From the IMG/VR virus record IMGVR_UViG_3300048881_000221, positions 1-38,661 of that record: a stretch of DNA of 38,661 nt, one strand, 5' to 3'. Positions 23,906 to 31,934 of the stretch are shown here, in pieces. The notes beneath the pieces were generated by a model. The model ran no database searches, was not told the DNA's origin, and worked only from the letters and a program-made list of their open reading frames with translations. The stretch's first letter is position 1. Each line of letters opens with the position of its first letter. A program made the translations under genes and the position numbers. The DNA is from a virus. Taxonomy: Duplodnaviria > Caudoviricetes.

Positions 23906-23907
23906 TT

Positions 23908-24072
23908 ATGAATTTATTTAATTGTTTTCAAGCTATGGCATTTTATACACTGTCACCATTTTTAGCGCAGTACCTATTTAATAATAACTACAGTGTCTGG
24001 GGTTATATCTGTAGCGGCGCTATCGCTATAAGCTATGTAGTATTATCTATAAACCTACACGAGAGTAAATAA
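23908..24072 (+). CDS. Small membrane protein (54 aa; not in ORF track)
   Basis: MNLFNCFQAMAFYTLSPFLAQYLF...WGYICSGAIAISYVVLSINL; AGGGGT RBS. Confidence 0.7.
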   Translation: MNLFNCFQAMAFYTLSPFLAQYLFNNNYSVWGYICSGAIAISYVVLSINLHESK

Positions 24073-24074
24073 CT

Positions 24075-24320
24075 ATGAAAAAGCAGACACCCCAAGAGCG
24101 TATAGCTATCAAGAAGATTTTAAAAGACGAGTACGGCGAAGACCACCCGACTTTTAAGAAGATAATTATTATCGACGAGTGTACTAGGTTTACTGAGCTT
24201 GACAGCGGTAAAGTCTTTACTTGCATCGAAGTTCAGTTAAAGGGGTGTCTAATCGAAAACGGTATAAGACGTAGATACGTTAGCTATGCTGACCTAGAAA
24301 ACTACGAAGTGAGTAATTAA
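24075..24320 (+). CDS. Hypothetical protein
   Basis: Coupled ORF in the operon. Confidence 0.7.
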   Translation: MKKQTPQERIAIKKILKDEYGEDHPTFKKIIIIDECTRFTELDSGKVFTCIEVQLKGCLIENGIRRRYVSYADLENYEVSN

Positions 24321-24673
24321 TGCAAGAGTTTAAAGTAGGCGAAACTGTAGTCTATACAATGTCTGGCTATTATTATCAAGGTATCACACTATCTAAAATA
24401 GTTAGAGAGACTAAAAAGCAGTACATACTTGAAAACGGACGCCGATACTGGAAAGAAACATTAAGCGAAGTAGGCGAGCGCTATAGTAGAATAGGTAAGT
24501 TTACCGATGAGCTTAAAGCTAAATATAAATTACAGCGAAAGCTAAGCGAGGTATCTGTTAGACTAAGTAAACTAAACGAGCGTAGAAACCATATAAAAGT
24601 AAAAGACTTAAGTAAACTAGGTAATGCTATAAACCTACTAGATCAGCTTGAAAAAGTTTTAGAGTTAAAATGA
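24320..24673 (+). CDS. Hypothetical protein (SH3-like N-terminus)
   Basis: FKVGETV...KIVRETKKQYILENGRRY. Confidence 0.7.
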   Translation: MQEFKVGETVVYTMSGYYYQGITLSKIVRETKKQYILENGRRYWKETLSEVGERYSRIGKFTDELKAKYKLQRKLSEVSVRLSKLNERRNHIKVKDLSKLGNAINLLDQLEKVLELK

Positions 24674-26088
24674 CTAATCTTAATCACGAAAATCTATACG
24701 ATTTTCAAAAAGAAATTTATAACCGTTTTAAAGACGATAATAACGCCGCCCTCTTAATGGACATGGGTACAGGTAAGACGCCTACTACTATCTCACTTAT
24801 CAGATACAAGTACGGTATGGCTGGCGGGGTATTACCCACCGTAGTTTTTTGCCCTGTTATTACGTTAGAAAACTGGAAAAACGAGCTAACTACGTGGACG
24901 AAGTTAAAGCCTGAGTATATCGGTATCGTTAAAGGTACACCGAAGAAACGCTTAGAGACTATCGAAAACCCTCAGCATAAAATTATCATTGTAAACTACG
25001 AGGCTTTAAGGTCTGAAAAAGTAGTCGAAGCTCTGAAGAAAAGACGCTTTCAGATAGCTGTATGTGACGAGTCTCAGCGTATCAAGTCTTATAAGTCTAT
25101 TTCTTGTCGTAAAGTCTTACAGGTTACTAAGACCGCTACAACTTTCAAGGCGATACTGTCAGGTACACCGATAACTAATATGGTGTCTGATATATGGAGC
25201 CAGTTTCTTTTCTTAGACGGTGGTGCTACTTTCGGTAATCGTATGTCTGTTTTCAAGGCTCGCTATATGGAGCAGTACATACCGCATGGTGAGACTTACC
25301 CTAAGTGGCGACTAAACCCGCATAAGTCTGAAGAGTTTACAGGTATGTTATCTACAAGAGCTGCACGTATTACTACTGAAGAGGCCGTAGATTTACCAGA
25401 AATGAGTATTAACCACGTTGACGTTGAACTTTCTAAAGAACAGAAAAAGCACTACGACGAGGTCGTGAAAGAATTAATCACATGGCTTGACGATCAAGAA
25501 GACAACCCACTTATAGTTAAAAATGCTCTGACTAAGATGCTTAGACTTAATGAAATATCGTCGGGGTTTATGAAGCTTCACGACGGTACGGTACATAGAT
25601 TTAAGACTAATCCTAGACTAGACGCCTGTATGGAGCTAGTCGAAATGGCCAGACCACATAAGATAATTATTTTCTGTATATTTAAAGAGAACTATAAAGA
25701 CCTTAGACGTGAGCTAGAAAAGAGAAATATCAAGTATGTAGAAATTACAGGCGAGGTATCGACTGAAGAAAAGCTCGCCGCGGCCGCTGAATTTAATAGT
25801 CCAGACGGTGAAGCTGAGGTATGTATCGCCAACACTAGAGCAGCGGGGTTAGGTGTAAACCTCGTCGGTGCGAGATATAAATTTTACTATACTCGTAACT
25901 TTAGCCTCGACGACTACTTGCAGTCTCAAAAACGTAATAATAGAGCGGGCGCTATCAAGTTTCATAAGAAGCTTTTCGACTATCATTTAATAGCACCGAA
26001 AACTATCGACGAAAGAATATATAAAAGAATTATCCAAAAAAAGAAATTTAGTGAAAAGTTACTTGACATTAAGTCAATGCTTACATAG
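24670..26088 (+). CDS. SNF2-family superfamily 2 helicase
   Basis: DMGTGKT, CDESQRIK, LSGTP, GLGVNL, QSQKRNNRAG. Confidence 0.93.
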   Translation: MTNLNHENLYDFQKEIYNRFKDDNNAALLMDMGTGKTPTTISLIRYKYGMAGGVLPTVVFCPVITLENWKNELTTWTKLKPEYIGIVKGTPKKRLETIENPQHKIIIVNYEALRSEKVVEALKKRRFQIAVCDESQRIKSYKSISCRKVLQVTKTATTFKAILSGTPITNMVSDIWSQFLFLDGGATFGNRMSVFKARYMEQYIPHGETYPKWRLNPHKSEEFTGMLSTRAARITTEEAVDLPEMSINHVDVELSKEQKKHYDEVVKELITWLDDQEDNPLIVKNALTKMLRLNEISSGFMKLHDGTVHRFKTNPRLDACMELVEMARPHKIIIFCIFKENYKDLRRELEKRNIKYVEITGEVSTEEKLAAAAEFNSPDGEAEVCIANTRAAGLGVNLVGARYKFYYTRNFSLDDYLQSQKRNNRAGAIKFHKKLFDYHLIAPKTIDERIYKRIIQKKKFSEKLLDIKSMLT

Positions 26089-26091
26089 GTT
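26063..26091 (+). promoter_or_regulatory. Internal promoter for the replication sub-operon
   Basis: TTGACA-17-TAGGTT; the -35 box is part of the inverted repeat TTGAC-ATTAA-GTCAA. Confidence 0.7.
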
Positions 26092-26119
26092 AGGCATATA
26101 CAAAACATAGGGGTACTAT

Positions 26120-26308
26120 ATGAGTAATTTCGAAGTGAATATACGTGAGAACACTTACGACGTAGCGCTTAAAGAAGTCGGAGTAACTTACAACGGTTTA
26201 ACACTAAGTAAGAAATTTAGAACTTACTTTCTTATTAACTGGCGTATAGAAAGATTCGTTAAGAAAGCTAAGAGAACTTTAAAGAATATCAGTGGGGGTA
26301 CTAAATGA
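26120..26308 (+). CDS. Hypothetical protein
   Basis: AGGGGT RBS; first gene after the 26063 promoter. Confidence 0.7.
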   Translation: MSNFEVNIRENTYDVALKEVGVTYNGLTLSKKFRTYFLINWRIERFVKKAKRTLKNISGGTK

Positions 26309-26730
26309 GTGAACAAATTACACTAGAAGAGTTAAAAGGTTTATGCTTTGAAATGTTCAAGCAAAAAGCCGCGGTCGCTAAGATCAAAGAACATAAGACA
26401 GCTGAAGAGAAAAAGCTTAAAGAAATGCAAGATAAAATTATCTTTCATTTAGAGGGTCATGAGTTAAAAACTTTTGATACTGGTTTCGGTAAAGTTACTC
26501 GTAAAAATCAGCCTTACGCTAAGATCGTAGATAAAGAAGCCTTGACAGCATACCTAAAAGAAAAAGGTATCTTCGAGGACATGATTACTTACAACGCTAC
26601 GAAAATGAATAGCTACTATAAAGAAGAAATGGAAAAGGCTAAAGAAGAAATGAATTTAGACTTTAAAGTAGACGGTATGGACGTATCAAGTAATAGAGTT
26701 TCATTATCAGTAACAGGCGTAAAGCTATAA
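26305..26730 (+). CDS. Conserved-type phage replication/recombination region protein
   Basis: Coiled coil, then T.FGKV and VDKEAL..YL; typical position before an SSB-like gene. Confidence 0.65.
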   Translation: MSEQITLEELKGLCFEMFKQKAAVAKIKEHKTAEEKKLKEMQDKIIFHLEGHELKTFDTGFGKVTRKNQPYAKIVDKEALTAYLKEKGIFEDMITYNATKMNSYYKEEMEKAKEEMNLDFKVDGMDVSSNRVSLSVTGVKL

Positions 26731-26747
26731 CATTAGGAGTAAAGAAA

Positions 26748-26963
26748 ATGAAAAAGGCAACGAAGACAGCACCAGTAAAGAAAGCGGTAACGAAGAAAGT
26801 AACTAAGAAAAAGGTAGTAGTTAAGACTACTAAGAAAGCTACGAAGGCCGCACCAGCTAAAATTACTATGACTTATAAGCAAGCTCAAACACTACAGAAA
26901 GCACTAGGTAATAAGTCTTACGCTTTCTTGAATAAGAAACTAAGTGAGGTATCGAATGGGTAA
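26748..26963 (+). CDS. Histone H1-like Lys/Ala/Thr-rich basic protein
   Basis: MKKATKTAPVKKAVTKKVTKKKVVVKTTKKATKAAPAK; AGGAG RBS. Confidence 0.7.
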   Translation: MKKATKTAPVKKAVTKKVTKKKVVVKTTKKATKAAPAKITMTYKQAQTLQKALGNKSYAFLNKKLSEVSNG

Positions 26964-27705
26964 GAAAGAAACTAAAGACGTAGCAGTAAAAGAAGAGACG
27001 GCGGTAAGTACTAACGTACAGTCGTCTGGTAGTTTTAGTGAGGGCGTAGACGCGACCGACATTATCATACCGAAAGTACTTTTAATGCAAGCGATCTCGC
27101 AGTTAGTTGAGCAAGAAAAAGCTAAGCAAGGTGACTTTATACATTCTCTTGACGAGGTCGTTATCGGCGCTAAAGAAGATAAGCCAGTAGAGTTTATACC
27201 TCTAGGAATGTTTAAGACTCTTCAGACTTACGAAGACGATAAGTATGTTAAGACTGAAAGCCTAACGCCAGAAAATGCTAACCTACCGTATGAAGAGGTG
27301 GTAAATGGTGTAAAAGTTAATCGTACTAAGACTATGAATTACTACGTAATCAGACCAGACGACGTAGAAAATATGTCTGTATTCCCTATGGTAATTACGT
27401 TTAAGCGTACTTCATTAAAGGGCGGTAAGAAACTAGCGACTAAGTTAATGATGCTAGAAGAGTTCGGCGCTGAAATTTATATGAAGACTTTTAAGCTTGT
27501 GGCCAGACAAGAAGAGGGCGACAAGGGTAAATACTACGTTATGGACATTGTAGACGGTAGAAAGTCTAACGACATCGAAGTTAAGCAAGCTATCAAGTGG
27601 TCAGAAAGATTAAAAACTACGTCGATACAAGTTCACGAGGCTGAGGACGAAGCGGTAAATACTACGGCGAAACCAGCACAAGGTGACTCGAATATAGATT
27701 TTTAA
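26956..27705 (+). CDS. Putative single-stranded DNA-binding protein
   Basis: Acidic tail ending DSNIDF; lies upstream of polA. GAGGT RBS places the start at 26956. Confidence 0.6.
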   Translation: MGKKETKDVAVKEETAVSTNVQSSGSFSEGVDATDIIIPKVLLMQAISQLVEQEKAKQGDFIHSLDEVVIGAKEDKPVEFIPLGMFKTLQTYEDDKYVKTESLTPENANLPYEEVVNGVKVNRTKTMNYYVIRPDDVENMSVFPMVITFKRTSLKGGKKLATKLMMLEEFGAEIYMKTFKLVARQEEGDKGKYYVMDIVDGRKSNDIEVKQAIKWSERLKTTSIQVHEAEDEAVNTTAKPAQGDSNIDF

Positions 27706-27769
27706 TTTTAGAAGCCGAAGCTATATGAGCTAAAATATGGGCCTAGTAGAAAAATTGTGCTTAACTACT

Positions 27770-27835
27770 ATACCAGCTGCGGGTGTCTACAAGTTAAAGG
27801 TCTGGTATCGCCTTTACACGCGGCAAACGATACCA
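27770..27835 (+). promoter_or_regulatory. Predicted H-type RNA pseudoknot
   Basis: S1 UAAAGG/CCUUUA (27795-800/27811-16); S2 UGGUAUCG/CGAUACCA (27803-10/27828-35). Confidence 0.5.
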
Positions 27836-27863
27836 CTTACTAATTAAATAATCAGGTAATGAA

Positions 27864-28055
27864 ATGACTAAAAAAGCGATATATGTAGAGCTACCAGTTA
27901 AGGTAGTAACCGACGCTAAGAAATTAGCGAATAGGCTAGACATTCCTATGAATAAACTTGTAGAGATAGCCTTGAAAGAATTAATAGATAATGACCCTCA
28001 ACTACAGTTAGCGTTTAATAATGACAGTACTCGTAAACCACGAAAACTTAAATAG
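27864..28055 (+). CDS. Ribbon-helix-helix (CopG/Arc-like) regulator
   Basis: KAIYVELP......AKKLA......MNKLVEIALKELI. Confidence 0.75.
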   Translation: MTKKAIYVELPVKVVTDAKKLANRLDIPMNKLVEIALKELIDNDPQLQLAFNNDSTRKPRKLK

Positions 28056-29871
28056 TGTCGTAGAAACATTAACGACGCGGTCGAGGTTATCACTAGATAC
28101 TGAGACTACAGGGCTAGAGCCTTTCTTCGGTGATCGAATGTTTTCGACTATTATCGCTGACGAGTCCGAAGAGTACTACTTCAATTTTAATATCGGCGGC
28201 TTTCATAAAGCTGAGGTATTACCACTACTTCAAAAAATTATAGACTCTACTGAATATATGTTTTTCGTAAATTATGATTACGACTATACTATGCTCGCTA
28301 TGGACGGGGTCTTTATAGATAAACCTAAAATACTCGACGGCGGCGTACTGGCCAGACTAGAAAACTCAAGTCACCAGCCGTCAGGGTCTAAGGCCGATAA
28401 CCAGTTTTTCAGTATGGACTATCTGGCCAAGTATTATTTAAAGAAAGATAAAGACTCTACTGTAGAGAATTATATAAAAGATAACGGGCTTTATGGTGTA
28501 AATTCTAAAGGTAAAAAGAAACCCTTATACGATAAAGTACCCCTCGACATTATGTTTAAATATGGGTGTAGTGACGCCCGCTTAACTTTCGATATATGTA
28601 CTGAGATTATCAGACGTATTAATGGTAGAGATATTCACTATGAAAATACCAGACCTAAGAGCTGGCCTAAGATAATGAGTAAGCTGGCTAACGAGTCGGC
28701 GTTATCTAATGCTCTGGCCGCTACGAAACTTCGAGGTTTAGAGCTTAATAAAAAATACTGCGAGGTCGCTAGAGAGTATGAGCTTAAAAACTCAGCGCTC
28801 GCGTTAGAAGAAATTAAGAAGACTGTAAACCTTAATGTAAACTCTCCTAAGCAAGTACAGAATTATCTAATGAATGATCTAGGCTTAAAGCTACCGAAAA
28901 TTATCAAGCGTGGTAAGTGGACTGGTGGGTATAGTACCGACGCGAAAACCTTAGATATGTTAGCTGAAAAACATGATATGCCTATGCTACAGAAAATAGT
29001 AGGTGCGAAAAGATCGCAGAAAAAGGCTAACACTTACTATAAAAACTACCTAGAAATGGTCGACGCGGCTGGTATAATTCATTGTAGTTTAGGCCAAGAA
29101 ACTACGATTACTGGTAGGCTGTCGAGCTTCGCCCCTAATCTTCAGAATATACATAAAGAAAAATACCACGAGTGGGCGGTACGAAACGCGTTTAAATGTC
29201 GTGAGGGTTTTACTTTCTATTTCTTCGATTACAAGGGCCAAGAAATGTACATTATGATCGACCTTTCTGGCGATCAAGAAGTAATCGAAAAAGTAAAAAA
29301 TGGTACTGACATTTATATAGCTATGGCGGAAATGGTTAAGAAATTTACAGGTATCGAAATTAATCGTAGTCAGGCGAAAGCTCTAGCTCTTGGTGTAGCC
29401 TACGGTCAGGGTGCAGCTCTGATAGCGAAAAATCTAGGGTGTAGTGAGAATGAAGCTAAGAAGCTGAGAAGTGCTTTTAAGACTTCTCTAAAGGGCGTAA
29501 ATGCACTCGATCAATGGTGTAAAAAGCAAGCCGATATGTATGGTAAAATTCATAACCCTTACGGTAGAGTTTCGTTAATAGATAAAGGCTTCGAATATAA
29601 AACCCTTAATAGTTTAATTCAAGGTACTGCAGCTGACTGTACTAAGACAGCTTTCGTAAATTGTTATGAGTTTTTAAAAGAGTATCAGAGTGAAATAGTT
29701 TTAACAGTCCACGACGAGATTATTTTCGAGATAAAAGAGGGCGAAGAGTTTCTAGTAGACGACATTAAGAAAATTATGTCAGACGCCTACCCTCATAGAC
29801 ACTTACCTTTACGAGTCGACGTCGAGGTTTCTAAAACTACGTGGGCGGCTAAGGTAGAGTTAAACGCCTAG
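28021..29871 (+). CDS. polA: Family A DNA polymerase with 3'-5' exonuclease domain
   Basis: ExoI LDTETTGL, TGRLSS..PNLQNI, motif A DYKGQE, motif B RSQAKALALGVAYG, motif C VHDE. Confidence 0.96.
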   Translation: MTVLVNHENLNSVVETLTTRSRLSLDTETTGLEPFFGDRMFSTIIADESEEYYFNFNIGGFHKAEVLPLLQKIIDSTEYMFFVNYDYDYTMLAMDGVFIDKPKILDGGVLARLENSSHQPSGSKADNQFFSMDYLAKYYLKKDKDSTVENYIKDNGLYGVNSKGKKKPLYDKVPLDIMFKYGCSDARLTFDICTEIIRRINGRDIHYENTRPKSWPKIMSKLANESALSNALAATKLRGLELNKKYCEVAREYELKNSALALEEIKKTVNLNVNSPKQVQNYLMNDLGLKLPKIIKRGKWTGGYSTDAKTLDMLAEKHDMPMLQKIVGAKRSQKKANTYYKNYLEMVDAAGIIHCSLGQETTITGRLSSFAPNLQNIHKEKYHEWAVRNAFKCREGFTFYFFDYKGQEMYIMIDLSGDQEVIEKVKNGTDIYIAMAEMVKKFTGIEINRSQAKALALGVAYGQGAALIAKNLGCSENEAKKLRSAFKTSLKGVNALDQWCKKQADMYGKIHNPYGRVSLIDKGFEYKTLNSLIQGTAADCTKTAFVNCYEFLKEYQSEIVLTVHDEIIFEIKEGEEFLVDDIKKIMSDAYPHRHLPLRVDVEVSKTTWAAKVELNA

Positions 29872-29923
29872 GTTTAACCGATTAATGCTGTCAATCGTCT
29901 AATTATTACTTTAACATTATAGT

Positions 29924-30307
29924 ATGGCCAAGGACTTAGGTAATTACGCTGAGCTTCGATTTACCTTAGCAGCGTATGAAAAAGGATTTTCTATACTTAG
30001 GCCCTTTTCTGATAGTAGACCCTACGACTTCGTACTAGAAAAACATGGACGTTTTATAAGAGTACAAGTAAAAAGCTGTAGCTCACCACTTAACGAAAAG
30101 GGCTTATTCCCTGTCGGTGTATCTAAAGGCTCTAAGATTAGAACTAAGTACACTACAGAGGACTGTGACGTTATCGCAGTATACTTAAAAAGTCTCGACA
30201 TATTCTACATTATACCTATACAATTTATCAGCGTTGTAAAGATTAACCTTTACCCACTAAGAGAAACCTCGAAGTTTATCGAGTTTAAAAATAATTGGAA
30301 TGTATGA
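29924..30307 (+). CDS. Free-standing PD-(D/E)xK endonuclease (group I intron-associated family)
   Basis: G.YAE...PYDFV.......RVQVK...Y....CD.IAVY.....FYIIP. Confidence 0.88.
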   Translation: MAKDLGNYAELRFTLAAYEKGFSILRPFSDSRPYDFVLEKHGRFIRVQVKSCSSPLNEKGLFPVGVSKGSKIRTKYTTEDCDVIAVYLKSLDIFYIIPIQFISVVKINLYPLRETSKFIEFKNNWNV

Positions 30308-30627
30308 GCGAAGCCTTAATAACTAGGAAAACCAAAAAATTATTAGATACGTATGAGTCTAGTGGCGAGCCTATATATTTTAATAAAATCTCAGACCGTT
30401 TTACGTCTGGTATTCCAGACTTTCAAGGTACATTCTACGGGGTTTCTTTTTATATTGAGCTTAAAGACAAGGGCGAAGAGGCCCGTAAACTACAAGACTG
30501 GCATTTAAAGAGGGCCAGAAATGCGGGCGCTGAAGTGCTTAGTACTGACGATTACGACGCGGTCGTGGTGTTTATGGAACGTATCAGGGTAAATCACGAG
30601 AATATTACCCGTACTAGGTACAGCTAA
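30304..30627 (+). CDS. VRR-NUC domain nuclease
   Basis: SEALI...GIPD.......IELK......LQ...L......G; ATGA overlap start at 30304. Confidence 0.88.
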   Translation: MSEALITRKTKKLLDTYESSGEPIYFNKISDRFTSGIPDFQGTFYGVSFYIELKDKGEEARKLQDWHLKRARNAGAEVLSTDDYDAVVVFMERIRVNHENITRTRYS

Positions 30628-30953
30628 AATTTACAATAATCGCGCCTAACTCTAGCTAAATCTTTTATTTTAGGTCTAATCTCTGTGGCCATATCGTTTA
30701 CGAAAAAGCCTTGTACTTGGTCGCACTCTTCTAAAGGATAGTTACCACTCTCGAAGTTATCACCACAGTAATTATCAGATACGGTTTTCCAATTATTAAG
30801 GTCGAAGCATTGCACTTTACAGCTATTGTATTTCATTTTTACAGTGTGAATAACTACGTAATCAATCTGGTTTTTCTTAATCTGTTTACAGACTATTTTA
30901 GTCTTGCAGCTAGTTAAGAATATCGTCAATAGTGCTATCGTAATCAGCTTCAT
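30624..30953 (-). CDS. Lipoprotein (outer-membrane spanin candidate)
   Basis: MKLITIALLTIFLTS-C lipobox, Cys-rich, overlapping the upstream gene at the end of the late operon. Confidence 0.65.
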   Translation of the reverse strand: MKLITIALLTIFLTSCKTKIVCKQIKKNQIDYVVIHTVKMKYNSCKVQCFDLNNWKTVSDNYCGDNFESGNYPLEECDQVQGFFVNDMATEIRPKIKDLARVRRDYCKF

Positions 30954-31212
30954 TCTGGGCCTCGTTTAGTTTCTTAATCAATACTTTACCTTCGACTTTA
31001 TCGTAAGTGTAACCTATACGATTGACAGCGGCACGTACTAGAGGCTCACCGATCTCGTCGTAAAGCTCAGTGATTACGTACTTAACTAACCAAGCCTTAA
31101 AGCCGCCAGCTGCAGCACTACCTAGAATTTTCTTTAGGGCCAGCTTTACAGCGTGACCCCTCAGAAAGTTAATTAGGTTTTCTTTTAATGTAAGCCAAAA
31201 CTGCTTAGACAT
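30910..31212 (-). CDS. Hypothetical protein, possibly lysis-related
   Basis: Amphipathic helices; overlaps the lipoprotein gene by 44 nt. Confidence 0.6.
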   Translation of the reverse strand: MSKQFWLTLKENLINFLRGHAVKLALKKILGSAAAGGFKAWLVKYVITELYDEIGEPLVRAAVNRIGYTYDKVEGKVLIKKLNEAQNEADYDSTIDDILN

Positions 31213-31447
31213 TAGCTTCGTCGTCCATTCCTAGAATCTTACCTAGGTCTAGTTTTTCTTCGACTAGCTTCTTTACTTCTTTCTCAAGTAAAGGCCATAG
31301 AGAAGCCATAACCATATCGTCGATAGTGTTAGACGAGTCAGCTACTACTTTCTTTAGTGCCTCTTCGATAACTTCGTCGATAATACCGTTAGCCAGTTTT
31401 TTAAGGTCGATACTCTCTACTAGAATTGGTAAAAGTTTTTCTTTCAT
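31205..31447 (-). CDS. Hypothetical protein
   Basis: GAGGT RBS; KVVADSSNTIDD motif. Confidence 0.7.
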   Translation of the reverse strand: MKEKLLPILVESIDLKKLANGIIDEVIEEALKKVVADSSNTIDDMVMASLWPLLEKEVKKLVEEKLDLGKILGMDDEANV

Positions 31448-31461
31448 AATATACCTCTTGG

Positions 31462-31911
31462 TTATGAGTTAATGATAGCTTCTTTTTCACTTTGAAATTG
31501 AGCTATACGGCTTAATCTAAATACTGCATAAGCGTCAGCTTCAGCTATCTTAGCATTAGCATACGCCGTCACTGCGGCTTCGTCTACAAGACCTAAATTA
31601 CCCACGTAGTTAACTGGGCGTTTCGCCATAGCTTCGTAAGTCGACGCGGTCGCTTGAGCTGACACGTCATTATCTGTACCGAATACACTAAGCATCTCAG
31701 CATATACGTCTTTAACCATAACGTCGTAGGCTGCTTTTACTTGATCTTCTTTACTTTTTTGGGCGTCGGCTTGATCTAACAATACTTGAACGTCATTAGG
31801 TACAGTAGACCCGATTACGCCTGAGTACAGTATTTCAGCGTCGCTTGTCACAGATAAGGCCTCAACTTTTACCACTTTTTCATTTAATCTATATACATAT
31901 AATTTCTTCAT
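31462..31911 (-). CDS. Putative tail fibre assembly/accessory protein
   Basis: Directly follows the fibre gene; AGGAG RBS. Confidence 0.5.
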   Translation of the reverse strand: MKKLYVYRLNEKVVKVEALSVTSDAEILYSGVIGSTVPNDVQVLLDQADAQKSKEDQVKAAYDVMVKDVYAEMLSVFGTDNDVSAQATASTYEAMAKRPVNYVGNLGLVDEAAVTAYANAKIAEADAYAVFRLSRIAQFQSEKEAIINS

Positions 31912-31934
31912 TTTAGCTGTCTCCTATTAGTTAA

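Noticed and set aside
29924-30307. Group I intron in polA
   Set aside because: polA is intact through motif C to its stop, and only ~50 nt separate the genes.
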